Notes: a model not told the origin generated them from the letters alone. Positions 19,600-30,486 are shown, counted from the stretch's first letter. The stretch is 64,000 bases of DNA from an uncultured virus (IMG/VR IMGVR_UViG_3300045999_004337) (IMGVR_UViG_3300045999_004337), one strand, 5' to 3'. A program made the numbers and translations.

Positions 19600-20307
19600 T
19601 CAGTTGGAATCAGCCATGAGGGCTTTCCAGGACACAGGGAACAAAGGCTGTATGATCGCCTCGATAGCCTTTGCATACTCCTGAGACTCCCATTGGGCAT
19701 GGGGATCCTTCCGCAACTTACAGACCCTGGCGAACGCGGACAGGGATCCCGTCCACCACCATTCGGTGTATGTTCCCTGCGGCAGGACAAACCTCGCTTG
19801 CTCGGGGGCTACTCCATCGCTCAGTAGTTCCTTGTATGCCTCTAGGGCATCGTCCACCGACTCGTCGTATGCCTGTGTCGCATAGGTTGACCCAGCCATG
19901 AATCCGGAACTACCCTGCTTGGCTCCATCGGTCGGTGCAGACCTCCACCTTGGGTTGTAGACCTCGGGGGCATCCTTGACATAGCGGCGGGACACCTCGT
20001 TCTCCACCAGACCGACCTTGTGCTTGAAGAGTTGGGTTCGGATGGCAATCGGAGCCTTGATGTGGATGCTCACCTGCGGATGGGCAAATGGTGTCCAATG
20101 GTTGTGCCTGGCAAGGTAGTCTATGAGTTTCGCGTCCTTGTCGGTGAACTCCTTGACCTCCTTGTTGAAGGAAACACGGGCTGCATTGACCACCATCAGG
20201 TCGTCTCCCATGTGGGCTTTGTAGGTCACGAACCCCTTGTCAAGAACCTGTATGGTCTTCGGTGCTGCCTGTGCTTCCACTCGCTTGCCGCTTGTCGCCA
20301 TCAACAT
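19600..20307 (-). CDS. thyX: FAD-dependent thymidylate synthase
   Basis: VVNAARVSF, HWTPFAH, KH......NEVSRRY, PEQARFVLP. Confidence 0.95.
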   Translation of the reverse strand: MLMATSGKRVEAQAAPKTIQVLDKGFVTYKAHMGDDLMVVNAARVSFNKEVKEFTDKDAKLIDYLARHNHWTPFAHPQVSIHIKAPIAIRTQLFKHKVGLVENEVSRRYVKDAPEVYNPRWRSAPTDGAKQGSSGFMAGSTYATQAYDESVDDALEAYKELLSDGVAPEQARFVLPQGTYTEWWWTGSLSAFARVCKLRKDPHAQWESQEYAKAIEAIIQPLFPVSWKALMADSN

Positions 20308-20458
20308 ACTCTACTCCTTCTGTAAATGTCACCGCATAGTCCAAAGCCCTCTTCCAGAGTTGCTCGTCCATCTCCTTCACATAGGATTGGAAGGCATCAT
20401 GGAAGGCTAGGAAGGCTTCCAAAACCCGTCTGTCATCGTCTCGTCTCCGCTTGCCCAT
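20240..20458 (-). CDS. Small hypothetical protein
   Basis: Start is coupled to the primase stop; helical; overlaps the thyX start. Confidence 0.55.
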   Translation of the reverse strand: MGKRRRDDDRRVLEAFLAFHDAFQSYVKEMDEQLWKRALDYAVTFTEGVEYVDGDKRQASGSTGSTEDHTGS

Positions 20459-21519
20459 CAGTCCACCTTCTTCCATCTCTGGAATCGCAGGAGGGCTTCA
20501 GCACCACGGCATGTCGATGAGACCATCGTCTTCCTGATGTCGGCAGGATCCCTTCCTGCCATGACCATGTCGTTGATGTCCTTGAGGACGATGGACTCGT
20601 CCCAGACCACGACATCATGACCAAGGTCTATGTGCTTCTTCAACTGCCTGACCACCGCAGGGTTCCTAGGCTCGTTGTCAAGGGCAAACACCAGTTTCCG
20701 TCCCTGCAACGGCTTGGGGATGTTCGTTCCGTCGTTGATGCCGATCATTGCCACGGAGTTGGGGATGAACAGGGAGTCGAGCGGACCCTCGAAGACATGG
20801 ACGATCCCGTCCTTGTCGAGCCTCTCCATCCCGTACCACAGTTTCTCAATGGTCTTGTCCCCCTTGAGGGTGATGTAGCGGGCAGTCTTCCTTGCGTTCC
20901 TGTCCTCGGCAATTGACAGAGTCCTTCCCTGCGCAGCCACCATGTTCCCGTGGGGATCGAAGATGGGGATGACGAGCCGTGGATCCTGCTCCACGACCAC
21001 CGTGGGATCGATGCACTTCGCCCACTTCCCGAACTTGGGCGCATAGTAGAGGATGTTCCAGAACTTGCTGGGAATCATCCTCGTCTCCACGAACGAACGG
21101 CAGACATGGTTCTCAGGAAGATCCGAGACCTTCGTGAGTTCGTTCAGCGGAGAATCATCGCTCACCTTGAACTTCGGCTTGAACAGGCTTCCCAGCACTC
21201 TTTCCTCCTCCTTGGGCTTGGTGTAGTTGGAGTGTCCCGTCTCTCCGTTCCTCCACCGCTCAAGGGAGTACTCCTTGCACATGGCAGGAGACACCAGTTC
21301 CAGGAACTTGTACATCGTGTGGCTTGCGCCACAGTTATGGCAGCGGAAGAACATGTCGTTGTCCCGCTGATAGAAATATCCCCTAGCCTTGTGCTTGTTC
21401 TTCTTGGAATCCCCGCAGAGGGGACACCGCATGTTCGCAAGGTTTGCGCTCTTCCACACGAACCGATTGAGGCTCGGGGAAACGAGGTTGATGTACTTCT
21501 TGTCGATGAAGAGCGACAT
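20458..21519 (-). CDS. 61: DNA primase gp61
   Basis: CPLCGDS...CHNC zinc finger; EGPLDSLF, DNEPRN, KDIND. Confidence 0.96.
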   Translation of the reverse strand: MSLFIDKKYINLVSPSLNRFVWKSANLANMRCPLCGDSKKNKHKARGYFYQRDNDMFFRCHNCGASHTMYKFLELVSPAMCKEYSLERWRNGETGHSNYTKPKEEERVLGSLFKPKFKVSDDSPLNELTKVSDLPENHVCRSFVETRMIPSKFWNILYYAPKFGKWAKCIDPTVVVEQDPRLVIPIFDPHGNMVAAQGRTLSIAEDRNARKTARYITLKGDKTIEKLWYGMERLDKDGIVHVFEGPLDSLFIPNSVAMIGINDGTNIPKPLQGRKLVFALDNEPRNPAVVRQLKKHIDLGHDVVVWDESIVLKDINDMVMAGRDPADIRKTMVSSTCRGAEALLRFQRWKKVD

Positions 21520-22916
21520 CAGTCGAAACTCCAGTCCGAGTATCTATCCTCTCCATCCATGTCCTGCTTCTTGGAGAACTTGGGCTTCACGGGATCTTCA
21601 CCCTTCTTTCCGAACCCCTCGTCCCCCACTACCGCGCTGCCGACATCAAGTATCTTCATGCGCGACCTGTCGATGCCGACCGTGAACTTCCTGTTGCGGG
21701 AGATGTCGTTGTAGCGGTTCTTCAACTGCTTGACCATGATCTGCCCCTGCTCCTCAAGTTGCTCCGTGGCAATCAGGGCAAGCATCAGGTCGGCAGTCGC
21801 GGGAAGACCGAAGGACTCCGATGTGTTCTCAAGACCGACATCGGTGCTGTTGAAGCCGATGCGGTTGACCTGAGTGGCAGAGAAGATCGGGACATCGAAC
21901 TCCATCGCAAGTGCGCGGATCTCCTCCGCTATTGCCTTGACATAGGTGTAGGAGTTCACGGATGCGCTCATCTTGATCCTGGCTGAGGCGCAGATGTTGA
22001 GGTAGTCCACGAATATCACATCGGGAACGAACCCCTTCTTGGTCTTGAGGTCGTTCAGCAATGCCCTGAAGTGGTTGGCATTGGCAGTCGATGTCGGATA
22101 CTCCTTGACGATCAGCCTTCCCGTGTACTGCTTGCGGATCTTGCCCATCTTCTTGGCATAGATGTCCGCTGGAAGTTTCCTCAGATCCTCCATCGGGATG
22201 TCCATGAGGTTGGCATCGATCCTCTCCGCGATCCTCTCCTCCGACATCTCGCATGTGATGTAGAGGACATTGAGGTTCTGCGTCATGCAGGATGCCGCGA
22301 AGTGGCACAGGAACATCGACTTGCCCACGCCTGGACCTGCCATCAGGATGTTGAGGCTCTTCCGTGGAACCCCTCCCCCCGTGATGGTGTTGAACTGCTC
22401 TATGTCGAACGGTATGCGGTTCTCCGTCCTGTGGTAGAACTCGTACCGCTTCCCGCAGTCCTCGATGTAGTCGTGACCGATGTTCGTGTCGAAGGAGACC
22501 GCGAGTGCGTCCGACAGCATCTTGGGAAGGGAGCCGACATCCTTGTCCTTGGACTTCCCGTCGATGATGTGGATCGACTCAAGGATGGCGTTGTAGAGTG
22601 CCTTGTCCTTGCAGAACTTCTCCGTCTGCTCGACGAGCCAGTCCATCGCTGGAGGCTTCTCGTCGGAGAAGACCAATGCAAGTGTCTCCTTGCATTGCCT
22701 GATCGTCTCAGGATCGATGTTCTTCCTGGAGTCTAGGACGATCTCCATCGCCCCCTTGGTGGGCTTGGAGTCGTACTTCTGAAGGTACTCCGAGATCATG
22801 CCGAAGACGATCTTGGTGTCCTTGTCCCCGAAGTACTCCTCCTTGAGGAACGGAAGGACTTTCCTGTAGTACCCTTCGTCGCGGGTCAGTTCGCGGAGGA
22901 TGGTGTGTTCGAGCAT
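21519..22916 (-). CDS. 41: Replicative helicase gp41
   Basis: AGPGVGKS, EMSEERIAERID, VDYLNI, SESFGLPATAD, QLKNRY. Confidence 0.97.
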   Translation of the reverse strand: MLEHTILRELTRDEGYYRKVLPFLKEEYFGDKDTKIVFGMISEYLQKYDSKPTKGAMEIVLDSRKNIDPETIRQCKETLALVFSDEKPPAMDWLVEQTEKFCKDKALYNAILESIHIIDGKSKDKDVGSLPKMLSDALAVSFDTNIGHDYIEDCGKRYEFYHRTENRIPFDIEQFNTITGGGVPRKSLNILMAGPGVGKSMFLCHFAASCMTQNLNVLYITCEMSEERIAERIDANLMDIPMEDLRKLPADIYAKKMGKIRKQYTGRLIVKEYPTSTANANHFRALLNDLKTKKGFVPDVIFVDYLNICASARIKMSASVNSYTYVKAIAEEIRALAMEFDVPIFSATQVNRIGFNSTDVGLENTSESFGLPATADLMLALIATEQLEEQGQIMVKQLKNRYNDISRNRKFTVGIDRSRMKILDVGSAVVGDEGFGKKGEDPVKPKFSKKQDMDGEDRYSDWSFD

Positions 22917-22923
22917 GATGTTG

Positions 22924-22951
22924 AGTATACCGCACGGTCAAGGGAAGTCAA
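22924..22951 (-). promoter_or_regulatory. Sigma70-type promoter, probably leaderless gp41 mRNA
   Basis: TTGACT-16 bp-TATACT-7 nt-ATG. Confidence 0.7.
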
Positions 22952-23502
22952 GGGATATACGCAGCAAGCACATCATCTTCCTGAACCGCATTTGGTTCGT
23001 ATGAGATGATGTACGAGGAGTTTATCTCTCTGATCGCATCCTCTATCTCCTTCTGTCCAACGGGATTGTATACTCCCCATCCGATCTTGGTTCTGAACAC
23101 CCGCATGTCATCTATCAAGATGGTGTGGTTTCGTACAGACGAAAGATTGCGCAGTATGCCTAGTTCATAGATCAGAGGCGATGGAGTCTTTCCAGAAACA
23201 CCACACTCCCAATCTATATGGGCGTCCAGCCAGAATGTTGCTGGTGTCGGCAATAACGGGACTATCTCCTCCAACTTGTTCAGGCAGTCCCCAAGATGCA
23301 GTTCCACGATTCCCGCCTCTATCTCGGAAGAAAACCGCTGCTTGCAGATTTCGTGGTATCCAGAATGAATCTCTATGCTGATGACCTTCTTGTATCCAGC
23401 ATCGAGTGCTACCTGTATTCCGCTTCCTTTGTAGGAGCCAGTCTCCACGAACACATCGTTTCTCTTGTACTTCTTCAATACATGCGGCAAAAGCGTTGAC
23501 AT
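22948..23502 (-). CDS. SAM-dependent methyltransferase-like protein
   Basis: FVETGSYKG, ISIE, FWLDAH, ILIDD. Confidence 0.8.
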   Translation of the reverse strand: MSTLLPHVLKKYKRNDVFVETGSYKGSGIQVALDAGYKKVISIEIHSGYHEICKQRFSSEIEAGIVELHLGDCLNKLEEIVPLLPTPATFWLDAHIDWECGVSGKTPSPLIYELGILRNLSSVRNHTILIDDMRVFRTKIGWGVYNPVGQKEIEDAIREINSSYIISYEPNAVQEDDVLAAYIP

Positions 23503-23506
23503 GGTG

Positions 23507-23956
23507 TTATCCTTTTCTCAAACTCATTGACCAAGACACGGGGTGATCGGTGCATACTCCAGCAACGGGAGGAATATCCCTAGCCGAGCCAAGTTCCACC
23601 GTTATTCCATACGGGCTGTAGTTGCCAGGATACATCCACAGCGTTCCGTCGCTGACAAAGGTCATCCTGTCGGTTTCGTGCCAGAAGACCCTGGTGGAGT
23701 GAAACCTGAAGTTCAGGGCGACGAGCGCATCGTGGTTCTTTGCGTGGAACCAAAGACGCTTCGTCCTGTCGCCTATCCATGTGGATTCCACCAGGTAGGT
23801 CGGTGCATCGTGTCCTAGGAAGAACTGCCCATCGACATACCACACATCGACCTCTACATCGAAACCTGCCGCGATGGCGGCATCGATGTATGTCGGATTG
23901 TTCTCGCACTCTGGCTTTGCGCCAGTCAGGTTGCCTCTGTGGGATATGATCTTCAT
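23507..23956 (-). CDS. Glycerophosphodiester phosphodiesterase-like protein
   Basis: ISHRG...EN, GFDVEVDV, LGHD, GVCTD. Confidence 0.8.
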   Translation of the reverse strand: MKIISHRGNLTGAKPECENNPTYIDAAIAAGFDVEVDVWYVDGQFFLGHDAPTYLVESTWIGDRTKRLWFHAKNHDALVALNFRFHSTRVFWHETDRMTFVSDGTLWMYPGNYSPYGITVELGSARDIPPVAGVCTDHPVSWSMSLRKG

Positions 23957-24684
23957 CTGTTCCTGTTCAGGTATGCATTCAGGTCTTCAGGTGTGCCGAT
24001 CCCATGCATCTCGTCAACGAAGAAGGGAATCACCGTTCCACCGACACCGATCAACTCGTTGTAGACAGGTGCGATGTAGAACTCGTTGTTGACGCGGATG
24101 TTCTTGCCGACCATCTGCTTCGCTGCCTTCACGAAGTCCGACCCCTTGCGATACCAGTAGACACCGCAGGTGGCAATGTCTGAGATGGGTTCCTTCTCTG
24201 CCACGCGAATCACACTCCCATACCTTGCGGGAAAATCACCAATCTCCACGAAAGACCACTTGGGGTGGGTGGCATTGAAGCAGAAGACGATTCCATCCAC
24301 AGGAGAGTGTGTCTTGAGGTAGCCGAAGTTCTCCATGGAGCATTCCAGTATCTGATCGGAGTTGGCTATGAGCAGGTCTTCGTCTCGGTCAATGTACTCC
24401 TCGGCAAGCAGCGCGGTGCAAGCAGCACCTTCCGTGAGCCTATCGACCTCCACGATTCGGAATCGTCCCTTGGTTATCCTGTGGAGGGTCGATCTCATGC
24501 CTGGATACTTCTCCAGGTGCTCCTTGCGGACAAGGAAGATGAACTCGGATGCATAGTCGGAGAAGTTCTCGACCACCCGTTCGATCATCGGCTTGCCCTC
24601 GACATCGATCAAGGGCTTGGGGAATGTGTATCCCGCGCTGGCGAACCTGCTTCCCTCTCCTGCCATCGGTATCAGAATCTTCAT
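23953..24684 (-). CDS. Sugar-phosphate nucleotidyltransferase
   Basis: IPMAGEGSRF..AGYTFPKPLI, EK.PIS, GTPEDL. Confidence 0.9.
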   Translation of the reverse strand: MKILIPMAGEGSRFASAGYTFPKPLIDVEGKPMIERVVENFSDYASEFIFLVRKEHLEKYPGMRSTLHRITKGRFRIVEVDRLTEGAACTALLAEEYIDRDEDLLIANSDQILECSMENFGYLKTHSPVDGIVFCFNATHPKWSFVEIGDFPARYGSVIRVAEKEPISDIATCGVYWYRKGSDFVKAAKQMVGKNIRVNNEFYIAPVYNELIGVGGTVIPFFVDEMHGIGTPEDLNAYLNRNR

Positions 24685-25295
24685 AGTTCGTTCTCCATGA
24701 ACCTCAAGTATACATCAAGGGTCACCTTCGTGTGATCGGTCACAGCCCAAAGATGCCCTGCCATGCTGTTGACCGCTGCCATGATTCCCTTCGGGGAGTC
24801 TTCCACGCAGAGACACGAGATCGGATTCACTCCAAGTTCGGCAATCGCCAGGTTGTAGCAATCGGGATGAGGCTTGTTCCTCTTCACCATCTCGTTGGTC
24901 ACAAGCAGGTCGATGTGTTCCATCTGTCCCGTTGCCGTGAGCATTTCCCTAGCCGTCTCCTCTATGGAGTTGGTCACACAGGCTATCTTGATTCCCCGCT
25001 CCCTGAGATACCTGTGGAGTTCGATCTTCTCAGGCATGATCTTAGCCGACTTCCGTATGATGTCAAGGGTGTGCTTCTGCTTTTGCTCGTTGATCCTGGA
25101 CGCTGCATCGTCGGGAATGCCAAGCATCTGCAACTTTACCCGAGTGGGAAGTCCGTTGTATGTGGAGAGATGAGACTCGCGGTCGATTGCCGTGTATCCT
25201 GCCTCGACCAATGCCCCGTTCAGGGCATCGTAGTGCCAATCACAGGCATCGACAAGCACTCCGTCCAGATCAAAGAGAACCGCTTCTATGGTCAT
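24681..25295 (-). CDS. HAD-family phosphatase
   Basis: FDLDGVL, VTNS, KPHPD, EDSPKG. Confidence 0.92.
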   Translation of the reverse strand: MTIEAVLFDLDGVLVDACDWHYDALNGALVEAGYTAIDRESHLSTYNGLPTRVKLQMLGIPDDAASRINEQKQKHTLDIIRKSAKIMPEKIELHRYLRERGIKIACVTNSIEETAREMLTATGQMEHIDLLVTNEMVKRNKPHPDCYNLAIAELGVNPISCLCVEDSPKGIMAAVNSMAGHLWAVTDHTKVTLDVYLRFMENEL

Positions 25296-25978
25296 CTAGC
25301 CCTCACGATCCCCTTGATGAGAGGCATCGGTACAAGTTCTGCCTTGGTTGACACGATTCCATTCAGGAACAACTTGTGCGGAAGATCCACGAGGCTCGTT
25401 TCGTTCTTCATGTCCTTCATCTCTTCGACGATGAAGGAGTCCATCTTCAGTGCATTTTCCCTGCTGCAAGCGAAGATCCAGTCACATGGGAACACACCAG
25501 CCCCAGAACCGTCGATGTGTATTTTATCGACGGGAGGGACGGAATACCTGTCATGCAAGACATCGAAGCGTGTCTTGACTATGACATCGTACTTCTCTCC
25601 AATCGCCTGTTCGTGATCCTGCACCATCTTCAGACCGTCGTGCAGTTTGAAGTACTGTGAAAGGCTTAGGAATGCATCCTTTGGAAACCTATTGGAGATG
25701 AACGGCTTGACATTCCTTTCCACATAAGTCGATATCTCGTCGATCCTAACCCCGACTAGGTTCAGTCCTGCGAACTTCGACATGATAGAGTCGTTGGTCA
25801 GCATTTGATCCTCATAGAAGTTCAGAGACTGCTTGATGTACGGATGGTACGCATACTGCATGTCGTAGGTGGTGACGAAGACATCTGGTCGATGTTCACC
25901 AAAGACGGAGATGAAGTTGTCTCTGCACATGTCCCATGTGCGAAGGTTTCCCACCAGCAATATGGCTGTTTTCACATT
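25292..25978 (-). CDS. Putative glycosyltransferase
   Basis: AILLVGNLR, YDVIVKTRFD motifs; cluster context; GTG start VKTAIL inferred. Confidence 0.55.
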   Translation of the reverse strand, partial: NVKTAILLVGNLRTWDMCRDNFISVFGEHRPDVFVTTYDMQYAYHPYIKQSLNFYEDQMLTNDSIMSKFAGLNLVGVRIDEISTYVERNVKPFISNRFPKDAFLSLSQYFKLHDGLKMVQDHEQAIGEKYDVIVKTRFDVLHDRYSVPPVDKIHIDGSGAGVFPCDWIFACSRENALKMDSFIVEEMKDMKNETSLVDLPHKLFLNGIVSTKAELVPMPLIKGIVRAR

Positions 25979-26796
25979 CACTCCTTGGTAAAGTACTTGA
26001 GACTGCAATGCCACCCATCAAACACATGCACGGAGAACAGAGACGGATCCTGCAACAGGCATTGCAGCCATACTGCTTGTTCGTCATCTGCTAGATTCAG
26101 TTCTTGGTATCTGAGAAGACAACGGTGGCTGATGTCTCTGAACTTGATCAGGCTGTCCCTGTCTCCGACGAACACACCACCAGCCATTTTCTCCGGCGCT
26201 GCCTGTAGTGTGTAGAGAACATCGAAATCCCGACTGCTCAATCCACCGTTCAGGCAGCATAGGATGACTTTGCCGTCAATCATCTTGGAACAATCGATGT
26301 GTCGATGGGGAACGAACCCCGCCATCGCCTTTTTGCTGAGATAACCAAAGTCAACCCACATGAAGAATCGCGAATCCGACACATCATTCTCTATGGCATG
26401 GCAGAGAAAATCCACCTTTGAGTGGGTAAGTATGGTGTACATGGGATTCACATTCTCGGGATAGCGCAACTCCATCCTTCTTGGTATGAGAGATCGGTAT
26501 TCTTGGGATTGCATGATCTCACGCTCTCGACCAAGTCTGCTCCAGACCCATATGTTTTGGTTCATCCAATCCTCGTCGATTGGTATGATAGTCTTGTTGT
26601 GCTTGAACTCCGAAGATTCCACCATCGACATGACACGGTCGTGATGACGGGCATCGATGAACACTATCATCGGATAGTCGAAGCGAAGAAGATTGGAGAA
26701 GGCTTCCATGTATTCATTCACCGATCTACGGAACATGGGTGACTCCCACTCGGATCGACCGATGTCATAGAACGCAGTCACTATGGTAGCACTCAT
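25978..26796 (-). CDS. HtrL/YibB (WlaTC)-family glycosyltransferase-like protein
   Basis: TIVTAFYDIGR..W, SK..F, WVDFG, GG.F.G, DDEQ. Confidence 0.8.
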   Translation of the reverse strand: MSATIVTAFYDIGRSEWESPMFRRSVNEYMEAFSNLLRFDYPMIVFIDARHHDRVMSMVESSEFKHNKTIIPIDEDWMNQNIWVWSRLGREREIMQSQEYRSLIPRRMELRYPENVNPMYTILTHSKVDFLCHAIENDVSDSRFFMWVDFGYLSKKAMAGFVPHRHIDCSKMIDGKVILCCLNGGLSSRDFDVLYTLQAAPEKMAGGVFVGDRDSLIKFRDISHRCLLRYQELNLADDEQAVWLQCLLQDPSLFSVHVFDGWHCSLKYFTKE

Positions 26797-27593
26797 CAAA
26801 TCCCCCACTTGCTTGTGTCCACCCTGTCGTACTGATGGATGATCGGAATGACCTTGCCTCCGACCGAAGGGATCTCCCCGTCCTTCCATGAAGGCTTCTC
26901 CGTCAACTTGTCCCTGAACTTGTCCACGCCTACCGTGCCGAGATGCACCATCACGCCATCAGAAGGGCGGGTAACCGCTATGCGCTTCCTGCCGAAATCG
27001 GTTCCCATGAGGATGTTGAAGGATGACTGGTCGGAGACGCTTGCGGGATTGTGGTGGCACATGGTGAAGATCATCAGGCAGAGTTCCGCGACAGCCTCCG
27101 TCTTGCCGCACAGGACTCCGACATTGCAGATCTCGTTCCCGCAGAAATCGTCGTAGACATAGCCGAACCCCTCCATGAGGTTCCCGTTTCCCCAGTGCTC
27201 GTCCTTGTATGCGATGCATTCGCTGCCACAGACGATGTCCTTGCCCATTGCATCCAGTATCTCCTTGATGCGGGGGAAGGGATCGGAGTGGAAGTAGACA
27301 TCCCTGCTGTCGGTGACCACGACATATGGATGCTTGCCCTTGATTTCCATCAGGTACTTGTACTGAAACAGGAACCGTAGGTTGTGGGGAGGCTTGTTCA
27401 GGGAACGGGGATCGAACCTCAATACCCTCCACCCATGCTCAGGAACATTCTGGTCGATGTCTTTGCACAGTTCGTCGCTGGGGTTCACCAGTATGTTGCA
27501 TACCTCGTTCCCCGTTGCGGCAGCGGACAGATTCCACTTCTTGATCTGCTCCCAGTTGTATCCCGACGATGTGGACAATATGAGGTTCTTCAC
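26796..27593 (-). CDS. Putative GT-A glycosyltransferase
   Basis: RF..QY, TDSRDVYF..DPF, NVG...G, DQ..FN, IHQYDR. Confidence 0.7.
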   Translation of the reverse strand: MKNLILSTSSGYNWEQIKKWNLSAAATGNEVCNILVNPSDELCKDIDQNVPEHGWRVLRFDPRSLNKPPHNLRFLFQYKYLMEIKGKHPYVVVTDSRDVYFHSDPFPRIKEILDAMGKDIVCGSECIAYKDEHWGNGNLMEGFGYVYDDFCGNEICNVGVLCGKTEAVAELCLMIFTMCHHNPASVSDQSSFNILMGTDFGRKRIAVTRPSDGVMVHLGTVGVDKFRDKLTEKPSWKDGEIPSVGGKVIPIIHQYDRVDTSKWGI

Positions 27594-28498
27594 TTGGTCT
27601 CCAGAACATTGCGAATGATGTCAGACAGAATCTTCCTGCCGCCCCGTATGTATCGCTCAGACCTGTACCCCTCGCATGGGTCGATGGACTTCATCCTCTT
27701 CTGCTCCGTGGGATCCCGCATGACGGATAGGACTCTCTCCACGGAAGGCATAGGATCTCCCGAGATGTCGAGCGAGAGGAATGTGTCGGGATTGAACTCC
27801 TCGGCTATGTCGGGTGCGCCGAAGTAGAATGGGACGGAGTCAGCCGCATACACCTCGTAGATCTTCTCCGTGATGTAAGCCCTCTTTGGTAGGTTCTCGA
27901 ATGCCATGCCCACGGCATAGTTTGCCGTGAAGTCCAACTTGTCATCCACGCTGCCGACCGTGTTGAGCACACGCCCGCCAGAATCGCAATGGGAGTTCTG
28001 AATCAACCAGTTCAGAACCTGGTTGCGGATGGCATTGGATGGGTTGGACACGACTGCGGACACCTTCGCGATCTTGTCCCTCGAGTACTTCTCCCGCAGA
28101 CCCTGAAAGGATGAGATGCCATGCCTCACGCAGTAGTCCATGTGGTATCCCGCATAGAGAGGGAAGCGGAAGTACCTGTAGTTCCTGCCGTCATGGTCTT
28201 CCTCGAGGTCGAACCCGATGTAGGCATCGCAGTCGGGAGTGTTTGCGACCACATCGTAACTCTCTCCCGTGAAGGCGATCTTCCTGGCGGCATTGACGGA
28301 CTTCATCGAAACAGACGGATGGTAGATGGATATGGCAAGGTCGTACCTCGTTATGTCCTGAACCGATCCGTGCGGAAGGACGGATATCTCGCAGTCGGGG
28401 TCGATGTCCTTGAGCGCATGGGTCAGGAAGAACCTGTTCCTAGCGAAGTCGGCATCGAAGCCACCCCATGGGTTGACATACAGAACCTTCAGGCTCAA
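27590..28498 (-). CDS. Alpha-1,3-fucosyltransferase-like protein (GT10)
   Basis: FTGE, VVSN, AFEN....YITEKI.E.Y....VPFYFG; TTG start inferred. Confidence 0.85.
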   Translation of the reverse strand: MSLKVLYVNPWGGFDADFARNRFFLTHALKDIDPDCEISVLPHGSVQDITRYDLAISIYHPSVSMKSVNAARKIAFTGESYDVVANTPDCDAYIGFDLEEDHDGRNYRYFRFPLYAGYHMDYCVRHGISSFQGLREKYSRDKIAKVSAVVSNPSNAIRNQVLNWLIQNSHCDSGGRVLNTVGSVDDKLDFTANYAVGMAFENLPKRAYITEKIYEVYAADSVPFYFGAPDIAEEFNPDTFLSLDISGDPMPSVERVLSVMRDPTEQKRMKSIDPCEGYRSERYIRGGRKILSDIIRNVLETK

Positions 28499-29172
28499 AT
28501 CTCCACCACGACCTTCCTGTAGCCTTCCATGTCGGCTCGTTCCTTCACCTCGTACTTGCAGGAGTTCAGACCCTCGCTCTTCCAGTCGAGTTTCCGATCC
28601 CACATCTCCTTGACGCGGTCTATGTTCTTCCTGTAGTCCTGCTCGTCTATCTTCCTGTCGTGGTTGAGGGACTGAAAGAACCCGTTCTCAATCCTCGCTG
28701 CCTTCAGTCCCGCATAGTGGCAGCGGTAGAGCATGTCGTCGTCCTCGGCTCCCCATCCCCAGTACTCGTTGCTGTAGCCGTTCACCTGATCGAATGCCTT
28801 GCGCGGGAACAAGGTGACTCCACCGAAGTATCCCCCATAAGGCAGGGTGAAGTTGAACTGACTTGCCGCGCTTGCAAGGTGGGTCGGTTCATCCCTGTAG
28901 GAGTAGTCGGGACCGTTGTTGACCAGGTTCCTGAAGGGAATCATGTCCACATCGTGCATGACGAAGTAGTCGCAATCCTTGGATGCCTCCAGGAACCCGA
29001 TGTTGAGCAACTTGGCGCGGTTGAACGGCTTTCCGTGCGTCTGCTCCACCACAAGGATCTCATGGTCGATGCCGCTGTCGGCAAGGTACTGCCTGATGGC
29101 AGGAACGAACTCCTTCAGGTGCGCATCCCTGTCCCTGAAAGGAACGATGATGCACAACTTATGCCGTTCCAT
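28495..29172 (-). CDS. Beta-1,4-galactosyltransferase-like protein (GT7)
   Basis: [46 protein letters not shown]. Confidence 0.92.
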   Translation of the reverse strand: MERHKLCIIVPFRDRDAHLKEFVPAIRQYLADSGIDHEILVVEQTHGKPFNRAKLLNIGFLEASKDCDYFVMHDVDMIPFRNLVNNGPDYSYRDEPTHLASAASQFNFTLPYGGYFGGVTLFPRKAFDQVNGYSNEYWGWGAEDDDMLYRCHYAGLKAARIENGFFQSLNHDRKIDEQDYRKNIDRVKEMWDRKLDWKSEGLNSCKYEVKERADMEGYRKVVVEI

Positions 29173-30187
29173 ACTTGAACTCCTTGGCAACTGCTTCCTC
29201 AAGCCGCATCATCACATCCTCGGTGAAGTACTTCTCTGGGTTCTCGTTGATGTTCTTCTCAAAGGCAGTCTTGCCATCGGGAAGTTCGATCCTTGTTGAG
29301 ACCTTCTTGAAGATGCCGTGGTTGATCGCGATGTCGGTCAGCCCGTAGTAGCGGTTCAGACCAGTCTCGTAGTTCAACTGCACATCGACCTGCTGGTTCT
29401 CCTTGGTGAGCCTAGACTTGTACAACTTGCAATGGATGATGCTGCCGATCACATCCCCGTCCGCGTTCTTCTCCTTCTTCTTGGAGAGGTAGACGATGGT
29501 GGATGCGGCATACTTCAGACCGCTTCCGCCACCCATCTCCTTGGTGGGGACATACGCACCCACGACATCGTAGGTGTGGTTGGTCATCACAAGGGGGATC
29601 CTTGCCTTGCCCAACTTCATTGTCAGGACGCGGAATGTAGCCTTGACCCCCTGCGCCCTAGTCATGTCGCGGACATTCTTGCCTTCGGCTGAGTCGTTGA
29701 CTTCCTTCTCGGTGGACAACATCCCTAGCGAGTCGAGGACGATCATCATCGGCTTCCTGTCGCTCTCGTCCATCTCAAGAACCTTGTCAACGATGTTCAC
29801 GCACTGCGTCTTGAACTCCTCAATGGTGGCAACGGGGAACACAGCCACCCTCTGCGAGTCCACTCCCCTTCCCTTGAACATGTCGGATGTCACCGCTTGC
29901 TCAGAGTCGAAGTAGAGTACCATTCCCTCGGGATTGTCCTTGAGGAACTGCGCGACGATCCCTAGGGTGAAGTAGGTCTTTCCCGTGGCAGACTCGCCCG
30001 CAAGGGCAATGATCTTGTTGTCTGCCACTCCTCCATAAAGGGATCCTGAAAGTAGCGCATTGAAAGCATAGGAACCAGTGTCCACGAATCCCGCGACATC
30101 GGCTCCGTCGATTCCATCCTCAACAACGCTGGCAAACTTGTTGCCAGACTCCTTCACGATCTGCTTCAGGAAGTTCATGTTGTTCAC
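29159..30187 (-). CDS. uvsX: RecA-like recombinase UvsX
   Basis: [31 protein letters not shown]. Confidence 0.96.
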   Translation of the reverse strand: MNNMNFLKQIVKESGNKFASVVEDGIDGADVAGFVDTGSYAFNALLSGSLYGGVADNKIIALAGESATGKTYFTLGIVAQFLKDNPEGMVLYFDSEQAVTSDMFKGRGVDSQRVAVFPVATIEEFKTQCVNIVDKVLEMDESDRKPMMIVLDSLGMLSTEKEVNDSAEGKNVRDMTRAQGVKATFRVLTMKLGKARIPLVMTNHTYDVVGAYVPTKEMGGGSGLKYAASTIVYLSKKKEKNADGDVIGSIIHCKLYKSRLTKENQQVDVQLNYETGLNRYYGLTDIAINHGIFKKVSTRIELPDGKTAFEKNINENPEKYFTEDVMMRLEEAVAKEFKYGTA

Positions 30188-30486
30188 TCTCCGCTCAACT
30201 TGAGGCTGACAGGCTTGACTCCGTTAGGAACGACGAGACCCGATCCGAATGCCGTGCTGTATTCGTTCAGGATGCCCGTCTCAGGATCGACGCAGTAGAT
30301 GAACTTGCTGCGGTCGATGGTCACCGAATCATCCTTGGCAAGGGGAAGCCACGGGACGAGGGCAAACTCGCCTGGCTTGACCTGTGCGATCCATGCTGGC
30401 TTCTTCAGGGTGATCGAATCGCCCTTCTCAGTCGTGTCCGCGAGGATCATCTCGCCCGTCATCAGTCTGACCAGTTTCACATTCAT
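30184..30486 (-). CDS. Conserved small T4-like protein
   Basis: VKLVRL.TGE..LA motif; AAGGAG RBS; promoter TTGACG-16-TAGAGT at 30511-30538. Confidence 0.75.
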   Translation of the reverse strand: MNVKLVRLMTGEMILADTTEKGDSITLKKPAWIAQVKPGEFALVPWLPLAKDDSVTIDRSKFIYCVDPETGILNEYSTAFGSGLVVPNGVKPVSLKLSGE

